Below, one piece after another: positions 1 through 9,514 of a stretch of DNA of 64,000 nt; the first letter of the stretch is position 1; each line of letters starts with the position of its first letter. Made by a program: the position numbers and the translations under genes. The notes under the pieces are model-generated. The model had not been told where the DNA came from. It was given only the letters and a program-made list of their open reading frames with translations, and made no database searches. The stretch comes from an uncultured Oscillospiraceae bacterium (GTDB lineage: Bacteria; Bacillota; Clostridia; Oscillospirales; Oscillospiraceae), in contig CAAFLG010000049.1 in the NCBI GenBank assembly GCA_900763705.1, positions 12,424 to 76,423 of the forward strand, written 5' to 3'.

Positions 1-169
1 GGCCGGAAACGCCCATCAGGCGCACAACAAAGGTGAACACCAGCGTGACGACAAGCAGCGCCGAGACAAGCGACGAGATCGTTTCATACACGTCGCGCCC
101 GGGGATCTTTTCCACGATCTCCTCGCTGCTTTCCTCGTGAATATCCAATTTCTGATCAAATTCGTCCAT
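1..169 (-). CDS. lepB: Signal peptidase I, N-terminal part (runs off window)
   Basis: Manual translation MDEFDQKLDIHEESSEEIVEKIPGRDVYETISSLVSALLVVTLVFTFVVRLMGVSG...: one TM then the V-S-G lead-in to the catalytic Ser motif. GGAG RBS upstream. rplS-lepB order is typical of Firmicutes. Confidence 0.8.
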   Translation of the reverse strand, partial: MDEFDQKLDIHEESSEEIVEKIPGRDVYETISSLVSALLVVTLVFTFVVRLMGVSG

Positions 170-244
170 GGTCTATCTCTCCCTGACACGGCGAAAAGCG
201 CCTGATTCTCTAATTTATTTTATCACGATTTTCACAAAAGGCAA

Positions 245-280
245 CAAAAAAAGCGTGGTTTACAAAACCACGCTTTTTTG
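245..280 (-). terminator. Intrinsic terminator after rplS
   Basis: AAAAAAAGCGTGGTT-tacaa-AACCACGCTTTTTT inverted repeat with A/T tails. Confidence 0.8.
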
Positions 281-297
281 TTCTCAAAGAATCTGTC

Positions 298-639
298 TTA
301 CAGCTTCTCGCGGATCTTGGCAGCCTTACCGACGCGGCCGCGCAGGTAATAGAGCTTGGCGCGGCGGACATAACCGCTGCGCACGGTCTCGACCTTCTCA
401 ATGAGGGGGGAGTGGATGGGGAACACCTTCTCCACGCCGACGCCGTAAGCGAGACGGCGAACGGTGAAGGTCTCCTCGAGACCGCCGTGCTTCTTCGCGA
501 TGACGATGCCCTCAAAGACCTGGATACGCTCGCGGGAGCCTTCCTTGATCTTGACATGAACGCGGACGGTATCGCCGACGTTGATGACGGGCATTTCCTT
601 CTTCAGCTGCTGGGATTCGAGCTCTTTGATGAGATCCAT
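298..639 (-). CDS. rplS: 50S ribosomal protein L19
   Basis: [23 protein letters not shown]...GVGVEKVFP...RRAKLYYLR. Confidence 0.98.
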   Translation of the reverse strand: MDLIKELESQQLKKEMPVINVGDTVRVHVKIKEGSRERIQVFEGIVIAKKHGGLEETFTVRRLAYGVGVEKVFPIHSPLIEKVETVRSGYVRRAKLYYLRGRVGKAAKIREKL

Positions 640-659
640 GGGTAATTTCCTCCTATTTA

Positions 660-731
660 TAGGCGTTCTTGACCGCTTTTCTGTGGCGCTTTCGGGATTC
701 TTTCACCCGCGCACGGCAGAGGACCGCCCTT
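660..731 (-). promoter_or_regulatory. Probable L19 leader (structured 5'UTR)
   Basis: Minus strand GGGCGGTCCTCTG...AAGAACGCC pairs just upstream of the AGGAGG RBS. SigmaA promoter TTGCAA(768-773)-17-TATGCT(745-750) with TGn. Confidence 0.55.
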
Positions 732-808
732 TTCAAGCTATGGTAGCATATCATACGGCAGGATGAATTGCAAGTATTTTTTACAAAAAGGGAAAAAATC
801 TGCTCACA

Positions 809-1471
809 TCAGCGGAAAATGTTCATTTCCCTGTCGTAGACCTCTTTTCTGCGCACGCGGACAAAGTCCGGCGCGATCTCGGGAAGGTGCCGCGCGATGG
901 CCGCGCCGATGAGCGCAGGGTTAAGTCCCGGGTCCTGCGCGGCGACGATGGCGTCGGCCACGATCATCCCTGCCTCCTCCGCCAGCGTAAGCGAATGGAT
1001 GAGCGGCGCGATGTTCAGCTCGGTCATGCCCTTATGCTTCGTGCGCTTTTCGACGTAAACCTCTTCCTGCGTGAAAAGCGCGCGGATGCGCTCACAGGCG
1101 TCCTCCGGCACGCCGCTGTCGTACTCCATCTCAAGACGCGCGCGCAGCAGCGCCATCTCGCGCACGGGGCGCGAGGCGGCGTAGCAGTCGAGCACGCGAA
1201 GCCCCGCGGGCATACCGGTGTTGAGCGCCTCGGCAACGCCTTCGCCGGCGCTCTCCTCCACGCTTTCAAAGTCCAGGATCTCGCACTCGCTCGACTGTCC
1301 CACGGGCAGCGGCAGCACGATGGACAAAATGGGATGGGGGTGGAAGCCGTTGGAGTGCCTGATGGAAAGTCCCGCGCGCGGGAATACGCGCTGGAACGTG
1401 CGCATCACGTCGAGATGCGAAATATAGGAGGCCTGCTGCTCCTTGACGAAGATCAATCTCAGCTTAGACAT
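809..1471 (-). CDS. Radical SAM-linked protein (TIGR03936/DUF2344-like)
   Basis: YISHLDVMRTFQRVFPRAGL..SNGFHPHP..LPLPVG..SECE motif; start overlaps the upstream radical SAM gene. Confidence 0.85.
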   Translation of the reverse strand: MSKLRLIFVKEQQASYISHLDVMRTFQRVFPRAGLSIRHSNGFHPHPILSIVLPLPVGQSSECEILDFESVEESAGEGVAEALNTGMPAGLRVLDCYAASRPVREMALLRARLEMEYDSGVPEDACERIRALFTQEEVYVEKRTKHKGMTELNIAPLIHSLTLAEEAGMIVADAIVAAQDPGLNPALIGAAIARHLPEIAPDFVRVRRKEVYDREMNIFR

Positions 1472-3296
1472 TGCACGTTCCTCCCACAAGGCAGTTTGCG
1501 CCGCAGGCGTTGCAGTGCGTGCGGCAGTCGGGCGTGGTCACACCCTCAAACGTCAGCGCGTGCTCGCGCTTGAAGTAGGCGGGCGATACGCCGGTGGAGA
1601 TCATGCTCCACGGCAGGATCTCATCCTCGCTGCGGCGGCGGTTGGCGTAAAAATGCGGGTCGAGGCCGCACTCTTCAAAGGCCTCCATCCAGCGGTTCAG
1701 GTCAAAGTAATCCTCCCACGCGCTGAGCGTTTCGCCCTTGCGCCACGCCGTCTCGATGACCTTGCCGAGCCTGCGGTCACCGCAGGAGATGACAGCTTCC
1801 ATGAAGCTTGTGGGCGAGGGGTGCCAGTTGTAGGTGACGGACTTGGTGTTGATCGCCTCGCGCAGGAGCTTGACGCGGCGCTCATATTCCTCGATGGGGA
1901 TCTGCGGCTCCCACTGGAAGGCCGTGTGGGGCTTGGGCACGAACCACGAGGTCGACACCGTGATGCGAACGCCGCGGCTCTTGTTGACCGCGCTCTCGCG
2001 CCATGCGTGCATGACGTTTGCGGCGATGTCCGCAATGCCGAGCACGTCCTCGTCCGTCTCGGTCGGAAGGCCGAGCATGAAGTAGAGCTTGACCGCGCTG
2101 TAGCCGCCGGCGAATGCGCGGCGGCAGGAGGCAAGCAGATCCTCTTCCGTGAGATTTTTGTTGATGGCGTCGCGCAGTCTCTGCGTGCCCGCCTCGGGCG
2201 CGAAGGTAAGGCCCGTCTTTCTCCCCTTTTGCAGCCTCTCCATCAGCGCCATGGAGAAGTTGTCGGCGCGCAGCGACGGCAGCGCGAGCGTCAGGTGGCG
2301 CTGGGCGCAGAAATCCTCCAGATCATCGCACAGCTCGACAAGATGCGGATAGTCTGACGTCGAGAGCGAGGAGAGGGTCATATCCTGATAGCCGGAATCC
2401 TCGACCGCTTCGATGGCATAGTCGTGCAGGAGCTTTTCCGAGCGGTTGCGCACCGGACGGTAGACATAACCCGCCTGACAGAAGCGGCAGCCGCGGATGC
2501 AGCCGCGGAACAGCTCGAGCGAAACGCGGTCCTGCACGATCTCGGTCGAGGGAACGATGGTCTTTGTGGGATAGTACGCCTCGTCCATATTCTCAACGAT
2601 GCGCTTGAGCACCGTTTTGGGTGCGCCCTCCTTGGCGGTGATGGACTTCACCGTGCCGTCGTCGTTGTAGTCGACGTCGTAAAGGCTCGGCACATAGATG
2701 CCGCGGATCTGCGCCGCGCGCACGAGGAAGTCGTGCTTGCTCCAGCCCTCGCGCCGCGCCTGGCTGTGCAGCTCGATGAGCTCCACGTCCATCTCCTCGC
2801 CCTCGCCGATGAAGGCAAGGTCGATGAAGTCGGCGATGGGCTCGCAGTTGTACATTGCCGTGCCGCCCGCGACGACGAGCGGCGTGAGTGCCGTGCGCTC
2901 GCTTGCGTGCAGCGGAACACCCGCAAGGTCGAGCATATTGACCATCGCGGGGAACGCCATCTCGTAGCCGACGGAAAAGGCGATGATGTCAAAATCGCGG
3001 ATAGGGTCGAAGGATTCGAGCGCGTAGAGCGGGATGTTTGCCTGACGCATCTCCTGCTCCATGTCGCCCCAGGGGGCAAAGCAGCGCTCGCACCACACGC
3101 CCTCCATGTTGTTCATCACGCCGTAGAGGATGCGCATACCGAGGTTCGACATACCGATCTCATAGGTATCGGGAAAGCAGAAGGCGACGCGCGTATCGAC
3201 CTTGCTCTTGTCCTTCATCACGGCGTTGAATTCCCCGCCGACGTAGCGCGCGGGCTTCTGCACGCGCGGCAGGATGCGTTCGAGTTTTTTATCCAC
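1464..3296 (-). CDS. B12-binding radical SAM protein (TIGR03960-like)
   Basis: VQKPARYVGGE, FPDTYEIGMSNLG, RGCIRGCRFC (CxxxCxxC), C-terminal Cys cluster; GTG start at 3296 with GGGAG RBS. Confidence 0.9.
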   Translation of the reverse strand: MDKKLERILPRVQKPARYVGGEFNAVMKDKSKVDTRVAFCFPDTYEIGMSNLGMRILYGVMNNMEGVWCERCFAPWGDMEQEMRQANIPLYALESFDPIRDFDIIAFSVGYEMAFPAMVNMLDLAGVPLHASERTALTPLVVAGGTAMYNCEPIADFIDLAFIGEGEEMDVELIELHSQARREGWSKHDFLVRAAQIRGIYVPSLYDVDYNDDGTVKSITAKEGAPKTVLKRIVENMDEAYYPTKTIVPSTEIVQDRVSLELFRGCIRGCRFCQAGYVYRPVRNRSEKLLHDYAIEAVEDSGYQDMTLSSLSTSDYPHLVELCDDLEDFCAQRHLTLALPSLRADNFSMALMERLQKGRKTGLTFAPEAGTQRLRDAINKNLTEEDLLASCRRAFAGGYSAVKLYFMLGLPTETDEDVLGIADIAANVMHAWRESAVNKSRGVRITVSTSWFVPKPHTAFQWEPQIPIEEYERRVKLLREAINTKSVTYNWHPSPTSFMEAVISCGDRRLGKVIETAWRKGETLSAWEDYFDLNRWMEAFEECGLDPHFYANRRRSEDEILPWSMISTGVSPAYFKREHALTFEGVTTPDCRTHCNACGANCLVGGTCNV

Positions 3297-3367
3297 AGTG
3301 TTCTCCCTTGTGTCCAAACAGAAATAAGATAGCCGAAAATGGGCATAAAAAACCATTTTCAGCTATC

Positions 3368-3988
3368 TTACACTTTTCTTTCCCGTTTCGCAAGCCTCAC
3401 TTGCCGGAAAAGGCCGAAAAGCAGCGCGAGAGAGGCAAGCAGAAAAAGAACGCCCCCGCCCGTTTCCGCCGCGATATAGATCCCAGCCCCCACGAGCGCG
3501 AGCGAAAAGACAAGTCCCGTGAGCGCGGCGGCCGCGTCTCCCGCCGCCGGGCCGAGGAAAAATGACACCAACAGCGTGAGCGCGCGTGAGCCGTCGAGCG
3601 GCGGGATGGGCAGCAGGTTAAAGGCCGCCAGCAGAAAATGCGCGCCCGCGAAAAGAAAGCCCCCCTCCCACGAAAGCCGCCGCGCGGCAAGGGCGATCAG
3701 AAAGCCACAGGCGAGGTTCATGCCGCAGCCCGCGAGCGTGACGAACATCTCGCGCGCGTAGGAGAGCCGCCGCGCCCCGCGCGCATACAGCTCCGCGCCG
3801 AGCGCCGTAAGACGCAGCCCCTCAATGGGCACACGGAAGGCTTTCAGCGCGGCAAGATGCCCACATTCGTGCAGCAGCGCTGCCAGCAGGACGGACGCGG
3901 CGATCTCCCAGGGGCTGACGATCAGCGCAAGCGCGGCAAGCAGAAAAAAGCTTGCCGAAACGTGTACGCCGCGCTCAGGAAACAACAT
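3368..3988 (-). CDS. M50 intramembrane metalloprotease, SpoIVFB-like (no CBS domain)
   Basis: HECGH and NLLPIPPLDG motifs, multi-TM; start uncertain. Confidence 0.8.
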   Translation of the reverse strand: MLFPERGVHVSASFFLLAALALIVSPWEIAASVLLAALLHECGHLAALKAFRVPIEGLRLTALGAELYARGARRLSYAREMFVTLAGCGMNLACGFLIALAARRLSWEGGFLFAGAHFLLAAFNLLPIPPLDGSRALTLLVSFFLGPAAGDAAAALTGLVFSLALVGAGIYIAAETGGGVLFLLASLALLFGLFRQVRLAKRERKV

Positions 3989-4817
3989 AATAAATGGGGT
4001 TGAGATACTGCCCGCCGTCATGCACTTCAAAGTGCAAATGCGGCCCCGTGGCGTTGCCGGTGGAACCGACCGCCGCGATGACATCGCCCTTTTTGACGCT
4101 TTGCCCCGCGCTCACCGCGATGGCGCTGCAATGGGCATAGAGCGTTGAAAAGCCGCCTTCGTGATTGACCGTCACATAGTTGCCGAGGATATTGCTCTCC
4201 CCCACCGTGCCGACGCTGCCGTCGGCAAAGCAGGAGACGCTGTCCCCCTCCGCGCCCGCGATATCCAGGCCGTAGTGAAAGCGCTCTTCGCCGCTCACGG
4301 GGTCGGCGCGCCAGCCAAAGGGAGAGGTCATTGTGCCGGAAAGCGGACAGACATAGGAAAAGCCCAGAATCCGCTGTTCCCCCACGGCCTGCGCGGGCAG
4401 CGCGCGCTCGCTCACAAAGCCGGGCACGTCCTGCTCCGGCACCGTGACGCCGATGAGCTCGCCCGAGACCTCCTGCGCTCTGCCCTCGCCGCCGAAGACC
4501 GCAATGCAGGCTTCGGAGAGCGACTCCCCCCACGCCTGCTCGCCGGACGCCGCGCGCCCGACGGCGGAAAAGGCGGCGACAAAGTCCGCGTCGCGCACGA
4601 GCCACTGCCCCAGCGTGCCGCGCAGCTCACTCAAATGCCCCGGCATCATGAGTTTGAGCCCCACGAGCGCGACGAACAATGCACCGCAGACGACGATCTG
4701 CGCGATCATGCGCGGCGGCCGCTCCGATGCCTTGCGCGGTGCTTTTCGCCTTCCCGGTGCGGCGCGCCTGCCGCCGCGTGCTCCCAAAAACCGCTTCCCC
4801 CGCCGTTTCCCGTTCAT
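3975..4817 (-). CDS. M23 peptidase, membrane-anchored (SpoIVFA-position gene)
   Basis: Basic N-terminus plus TM, HYGLDI and GPHLHFE motifs; directly upstream of the M50 gene. Confidence 0.85.
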   Translation of the reverse strand: MNGKRRGKRFLGARGGRRAAPGRRKAPRKASERPPRMIAQIVVCGALFVALVGLKLMMPGHLSELRGTLGQWLVRDADFVAAFSAVGRAASGEQAWGESLSEACIAVFGGEGRAQEVSGELIGVTVPEQDVPGFVSERALPAQAVGEQRILGFSYVCPLSGTMTSPFGWRADPVSGEERFHYGLDIAGAEGDSVSCFADGSVGTVGESNILGNYVTVNHEGGFSTLYAHCSAIAVSAGQSVKKGDVIAAVGSTGNATGPHLHFEVHDGGQYLNPIYYVVS

Positions 4818-4850
4818 GCCGTTTCCGCCTCCTTGCCGTTTTGCTGTCAT

Positions 4851-4879
4851 AGCCTATGTGGACAAGGAGAAAAAAATAC
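4851..4879 (-). promoter_or_regulatory. Putative sigmaE promoter for the spoIVF-like operon
   Basis: Minus strand GTATTTT-14 nt-CATAGGCT resembles the sigmaE consensus. Confidence 0.5.
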
Positions 4880-5021
4880 CTCCGCCGTGCTTTCCTCATA
4901 TCGCACGCAGAATTCCATTATCGAAAAAAGCCATTGCAAGCCTTGCATTTCCGATCCCCCTATGCTACTCTCTTTGTAAGATTGTTTTGCCGTGCCGGCA
5001 CCTTGGAAAGGCGGTCTTGCG

Positions 5022-5957
5022 ATGAATGATATCAGCCTCAAGCAGCTCGAAGTTTTCGTTGCCGTAGTGGAATACGGCGGCTTCACCCGCGCTGCCGAGG
5101 AGCTTTTTTTCAACCAGTCGACCATCAGCGCACACATCAGCCTGCTTGAGCAGGCGCTGGGCAAGGAACTGTTCGTGCGCAGCAACCGCCGCCACATCCG
5201 CCTGACGGCGGAAGGCGAGCGGGTCTACCCCATCGCCAAGCGCATCTTAGGCGACTGCAACACGCTGCGCACGCTCTTCGCCTCGGAAAAGGTAGAGCAG
5301 GCGCTTTCGCTCGGCGCGTCCACGGTACCGGGGCAGTATCTTCTGCCGGAGTATCTCTCGGCCTTCCTCAAAAAAGAGAAGGATTTCCGCTATTCTCTGC
5401 GCCGGGGCGACAGCGCACAGGTGCATCGGATGCTCAAAAACGGTGAGATCTCGCTCGGCTTTGTCGGCGCGATCAGCGAGCCGAACGCCGTCGACTATTA
5501 CCCTCTCGCTGAGGACAAGCTCGTGCTCGTCACACCCAACACGCCCCATTACCGCCAGCTGCAGGAGAGCGGCGCCTACGGCCGCGATCTCCTCACCTGC
5601 CCGATGGTAACGCGCGAGGAAGGCTCCGGCACGGACCGCAGCGTGCAAAATTACCTCAGAAGCCTTTCCCTCCCGCCCGATTCGCTCAACATCGTTGCGC
5701 GTGTAGATGATCCGGAGGCCATCAAGCGCATGGTCGTCGGCGGCGTGGGCATTTCCATTCTCTCCGCGCTCGCCGTAGAGCAGGAGGTCGCAAGCGGCAC
5801 ACTGCTCACCTTTGAAATGGACCGCAGCGTCCTCAAGCGCGACATCTATCTCATCACCCTGCGCGGACAAAGTTTCTCGCGCACGGAGCAGAAGTTCATC
5901 GATTTTCTGAAAAGCTGCAAACGCAAGAGAAAGCACGACACCGCGCCCCAGAACTGA
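5022..5957 (+). CDS. LysR family transcriptional regulator
   Basis: LKQLEVFVAVVEYGGFTRAAEELFFNQSTISAHI HTH; GASTVPG, REEGSGT. Confidence 0.93.
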   Translation: MNDISLKQLEVFVAVVEYGGFTRAAEELFFNQSTISAHISLLEQALGKELFVRSNRRHIRLTAEGERVYPIAKRILGDCNTLRTLFASEKVEQALSLGASTVPGQYLLPEYLSAFLKKEKDFRYSLRRGDSAQVHRMLKNGEISLGFVGAISEPNAVDYYPLAEDKLVLVTPNTPHYRQLQESGAYGRDLLTCPMVTREEGSGTDRSVQNYLRSLSLPPDSLNIVARVDDPEAIKRMVVGGVGISILSALAVEQEVASGTLLTFEMDRSVLKRDIYLITLRGQSFSRTEQKFIDFLKSCKRKRKHDTAPQN

Positions 5958-5964
5958 CGATTCA

Positions 5965-6004
5965 TAAAAAAGCCTGACTTTCTGCGAAAGTCAGGCTTTT
6001 TTTA
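5965..6004. terminator. Bidirectional terminator between LysR and feo operon
   Basis: AAAAAAGCCTGACTTTC/GAAAGTCAGGCTTTTTT inverted repeat. Confidence 0.8.
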
Positions 6005-6067
6005 TATCGGGGATGCGTCTTTTAATGCAGTGCGGGAGGCGCAGGGGGCGCGCCTCCCGCCCGCTTT

Positions 6068-6244
6068 TTATTGCTGCTTACTGTGGCAATGACCGTGCAT
6101 CGCACAGTGCGCACAGTTACAGCCGCAGGAGCTTTTCCCCTTCTTTCTCTGCCGGATGAGGTAGGTGGAGATCGCAATGATTATGGCAAGAAGAACAGCA
6201 GAGACGATGATCGTTGACAGGTTTGCGGTAACCCAGTGCAGCAT
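6068..6244 (-). CDS. FeoB-associated Cys-rich membrane protein
   Basis: One TM then KGKSSCGCNCAHCAMHGHCH; directly after feoB; AGGAG RBS. Confidence 0.85.
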   Translation of the reverse strand: MLHWVTANLSTIIVSAVLLAIIIAISTYLIRQRKKGKSSCGCNCAHCAMHGHCHSKQQ

Positions 6245-6285
6245 GGAAATCACTCCTTTTGAAAGGTATCGTTTTGATTATAGAT

Positions 6286-8778
6286 TCAGCGCTTATCGCT
6301 CAGCTTGGTAGCCTCCTTGTAAGGCTTGAAGAGCATGTAGATCATGCCGGCGAGGACAACGATGGCCGCGATCAGGCCGATGACGTTCAGGCTGCCGGTG
6401 AAGGCGTTGCCGAACTGGTTGATCATCAGGGCGATCAGATAAGCAAAGCCGCACTGATAGCCGATAGCGAACCAAGTCCACTTACTGTTGTTCATCTCGC
6501 GCTTGATCGCGCCGATGGCGGCAAAGCACGGGGCGCACAGGAGATTAAAGACAAGGAAGGAATAGCCCGTGATGCCGGTAAAGTGCATGGCAAGGTTCTG
6601 ATACACGTTCAGGTCGCCGCCGCCATAGAGGATGCCGAGCGTGCCGACGATGTTCTCCTTGGCGACAAGGCCCGTGATGGAGGCGACGGTCGCCTGCCAG
6701 TTGCCCCAGCCGAGCGGGATGAATATCCACGCGATCAGGTTGCCGATGCGGGCAAGGATGGAAGAGTCGATCTGATCCTCAGAGAGCATCTGGAACGTGC
6801 CGTCGACCCAGCCAAAGTAGGTGGTGAACCACACGAAGATAGTGGAAAGCAGGATGATGGTACCGGCCTTCTTGATGAACGACCAGCCGCGCTCCCACAT
6901 GCTGCGCAGCACGTTGCCGAGGGTCGGCCAGTGGTAGGCGGGCAGCTCCATGACGAAGGGTGCGGGATCACCGGAGAACATCTTGGTCTTCTTCAGCATG
7001 ATACCGGAGATGATGATGGCTGCCATACCGATGAAGTAAGCGGATGTGGAGACCCAGGCACTGCCGCCGAAGAGCGCGCCCGCGATCATCGCGATGAACG
7101 GAACCTTGGCGCCGCAGGGGATGAACGTGGTGGTCATGATCGTCATACGGCGGTCACGCTCGTTTTCGATGGTACGGGAGGCCATGATGCCCGGAACACC
7201 GCAGCCCACACCGATGAGCATCGGGATGAAGGACTTACCGGAAAGGCCGAACTTGCGGAAGATACGGTCAAGCACGAAGGCGATACGGGCCATGTAGCCG
7301 CAGGCCTCGAGGAAGGCGAGCATCAGGAACAGGACCAGCATCTGCGGCACGAAGCCGAGCACTGCGCCGACACCGGCGACGATACCGTCGAGGATCAGGC
7401 CGTTGAGCCAGTCAGCCGTACCGGCAGCGTCAAGCGCATCGCCGATCAGAACGGGCACGCCCGGGACCCATACGCCATAGTCTGCCGGGTCGGGCTCGTC
7501 AAAGCCATTTTCTTCAAAATAGCTGACTGCGTCCACATAGGTCATCTGGACAACATCGTCCATCTTGTCCGCGCCCTTGGGCAGCGCGTCATAGTAGGCG
7601 GTCTTCTCGCTGACGGCGAGGGTCTCTTCATCCTCCACTTCGACCGTGGCGGTATCCTCGGTGGGCTGGAAGGCCTTGAGCTCTTCGAGCGCCGCGTCGG
7701 CGTCAAGCTCTTCGTCGCCCGTGTCGATGCCCGCGAAAGCGTTGACAGCCTCGGAGGCGGCGGTGTAATCGTCGCTTGCCTCGCCGTAGGCGGCGGAACC
7801 AATGCCCAGCAGGTGCCAGCCATCGCCGAACAGGCCGTCGTTTGCCCAGTCGGTCGCGGGCGCGCCCACGGCGACCATGGCGATGTAGTAAACAAGGAAC
7901 ATCACGACCGCGAAGATGGGCAGGCCCAGCCAGCGGTTGGTGACGACCTTATCGATCTTATCGGAGGCAGAGAGCTTTTCGCTGCTCTTTTTCTTGTAGC
8001 AGCCCTTGATGAGCTGTGCGATGTAGATGTAGCGCTCGTTGGTGATGATGCTCTCGGCGTCGTCGTCGAGCTCGGTCTCCGCCGCCTTGATGTCCTCTTC
8101 GATGTGGTTCATCGTCTCGGTGGGGATGGTGAGCTTTTCGAGCACCTTGTCGTCGCGCTCAAAGATCTTGATCGCGTACCAGCGCTGCTGCTCTTCCGGC
8201 ATGGAGTGCACGGCCGCCTCTTCGATGTGGGCGATGGCGTGCTCGACAGGGCCGGAGAAGGTGTGCATCGGGACGGTCTTGGTGCCCTTGGCGGCGCGGA
8301 TGGCAGCCTCGGCAGCGTCCATAACACCGTCGCCCTTGAGCGCTGAGATCTCGATGATCTCGCAGCCAAGCTCGCGGGAGAGCTCCTTGACATTGATCTG
8401 GTCGCCGTTCTTGCGGACGATATCCATCATGTTGATGGCGATGACCACGGGGATGCCGAGCTCAGTGAGCTGGGTGGTGAGATACAGGTTACGCTCGAGG
8501 TTCGTGCCATCGATGATGTTCAGGATGGCGTCCGGGCGCTCGGTGATGAGGTAGTTACGGGCGACGACTTCCTCCAGCGTGTAGGGGGACAGGGAGTAAA
8601 TACCGGGAAGGTCCATGATGACCACGTCATCGTGCTTCTTGAGCTTACCTTCCTTCTTTTCCACGGTGACGCCGGGCCAGTTGCCGACGAACTGGTTCGA
8701 GCCGGTCAGGGCGTTAAACAGCGTCGTCTTACCGCAGTTGGGGTTGCCCGCGAGGGCAATTTTGATCTGCTTTTCCAT
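6286..8778 (-). CDS. feoB: Ferrous iron transporter FeoB
   Basis: GNPNCGKT, VGNWPGVTVE, DLPG, NMMD G-motifs; GYMARIAF, FIPCGAK. Confidence 0.97.
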   Translation of the reverse strand: MEKQIKIALAGNPNCGKTTLFNALTGSNQFVGNWPGVTVEKKEGKLKKHDDVVIMDLPGIYSLSPYTLEEVVARNYLITERPDAILNIIDGTNLERNLYLTTQLTELGIPVVIAINMMDIVRKNGDQINVKELSRELGCEIIEISALKGDGVMDAAEAAIRAAKGTKTVPMHTFSGPVEHAIAHIEEAAVHSMPEEQQRWYAIKIFERDDKVLEKLTIPTETMNHIEEDIKAAETELDDDAESIITNERYIYIAQLIKGCYKKKSSEKLSASDKIDKVVTNRWLGLPIFAVVMFLVYYIAMVAVGAPATDWANDGLFGDGWHLLGIGSAAYGEASDDYTAASEAVNAFAGIDTGDEELDADAALEELKAFQPTEDTATVEVEDEETLAVSEKTAYYDALPKGADKMDDVVQMTYVDAVSYFEENGFDEPDPADYGVWVPGVPVLIGDALDAAGTADWLNGLILDGIVAGVGAVLGFVPQMLVLFLMLAFLEACGYMARIAFVLDRIFRKFGLSGKSFIPMLIGVGCGVPGIMASRTIENERDRRMTIMTTTFIPCGAKVPFIAMIAGALFGGSAWVSTSAYFIGMAAIIISGIMLKKTKMFSGDPAPFVMELPAYHWPTLGNVLRSMWERGWSFIKKAGTIILLSTIFVWFTTYFGWVDGTFQMLSEDQIDSSILARIGNLIAWIFIPLGWGNWQATVASITGLVAKENIVGTLGILYGGGDLNVYQNLAMHFTGITGYSFLVFNLLCAPCFAAIGAIKREMNNSKWTWFAIGYQCGFAYLIALMINQFGNAFTGSLNVIGLIAAIVVLAGMIYMLFKPYKEATKLSDKR

Positions 8779-8829
8779 GTTTCTTACTGCTCCTTCTTGT
8801 TAAGTTTCCTTAACTTATGTAGAAATAAA

Positions 8830-9051
8830 TTATTCAACTTCGATCATTTCGGTGTCCGCCTTACGCAGCGACAGCTCGTAGCCGCGCACGGTGACCTCCA
8901 TCGGGTCGCCCAGGGGCGCGACCTTGCGCACGAACACCTCAGTGCCTTTGGTGATGCCCATATCCATGATACGGCGCTTGACGGGGCCCTCGCCATGGAG
9001 CTTGACGACTTTGACGGTCTCGCCGATCTTGACTTCACGCAGTGTTTTCAT
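8830..9051 (-). CDS. feoA: FeoA
   Basis: KRRIMDMGITKG..VRKVAPLGDPMEVTVRGYELSLR. Confidence 0.95.
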   Translation of the reverse strand: MKTLREVKIGETVKVVKLHGEGPVKRRIMDMGITKGTEVFVRKVAPLGDPMEVTVRGYELSLRKADTEMIEVE

Positions 9052-9080
9052 AATCTCTCTCCTTTTGTTCGAAAAATTGA

Positions 9081-9293
9081 CTAAATCATGATCTTTCTTG
9101 CCATTTCCTCGCTGATGGCGACGCGGGTCTCCTTGACCTTGACGATGACATTGCCGCCGAGCGACGACACGATACTCACCGTGCCCCCGGCCACAAAGCC
9201 GAGATCTTCGAGATGCTTTTTGACTTCAGCACTCCCGCCGACTTTGAGGATAGTATTTTCTTCTCCGGCATTCGCCAGTGTAAGCGGCATCAT
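9081..9293 (-). CDS. feoA: FeoA family protein (second copy)
   Basis: MPLTLA..KHLEDLGFVAG..NVIVKVKETRVAISEEMARKI. Confidence 0.9.
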   Translation of the reverse strand: MMPLTLANAGEENTILKVGGSAEVKKHLEDLGFVAGGTVSIVSSLGGNVIVKVKETRVAISEEMARKIMI

Positions 9294-9361
9294 TACTTAT
9301 CCCTCCGCATGCTGTTGGTCTGGCACTTTTCTCATCGCGGCGATCCGCAATTCGCCGGCGC

Positions 9362-9476
9362 AAAGTTAGTGTCGTTTAACTTTCGCCCGTAAGTTTAATC
9401 TCTCTAACCCATTTTGTCAAGAGGTTTTGTGAACATTTTTTTAATGCTTGCAATTTTGGTTAGAGCATGTTAATCT
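9362..9476. promoter_or_regulatory. Divergent feo and regulator promoters with three GTTA(G)-N6-T(T)AAC-like operator sites
   Basis: feo (minus): TTGACA 9415-9420, 17 nt, TAAACT 9392-9397. Regulator (plus): TTGCAA 9448-9453, 17 nt, TAATCT 9471-9476. Sites at 9365-9380, 9393-9408 and 9459-9474. Confidence 0.65.
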
Positions 9477-9514
9477 GTGATTGACCTTTAACAATGAAGT
9501 TGGTGAAACCGCAC

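Noticed and set aside
5022..5957. LysR as regulator of the divergent M23/M50 genes
   Set aside because: Those genes show a sigmaE-like promoter and I found no convincing LysR operator
6259..8346. Long antisense ORFs (695 aa here; also 28273-31251, 41877-43439 and others)
   Set aside because: Shadows of real genes, expected from high-GC codon bias; no motifs
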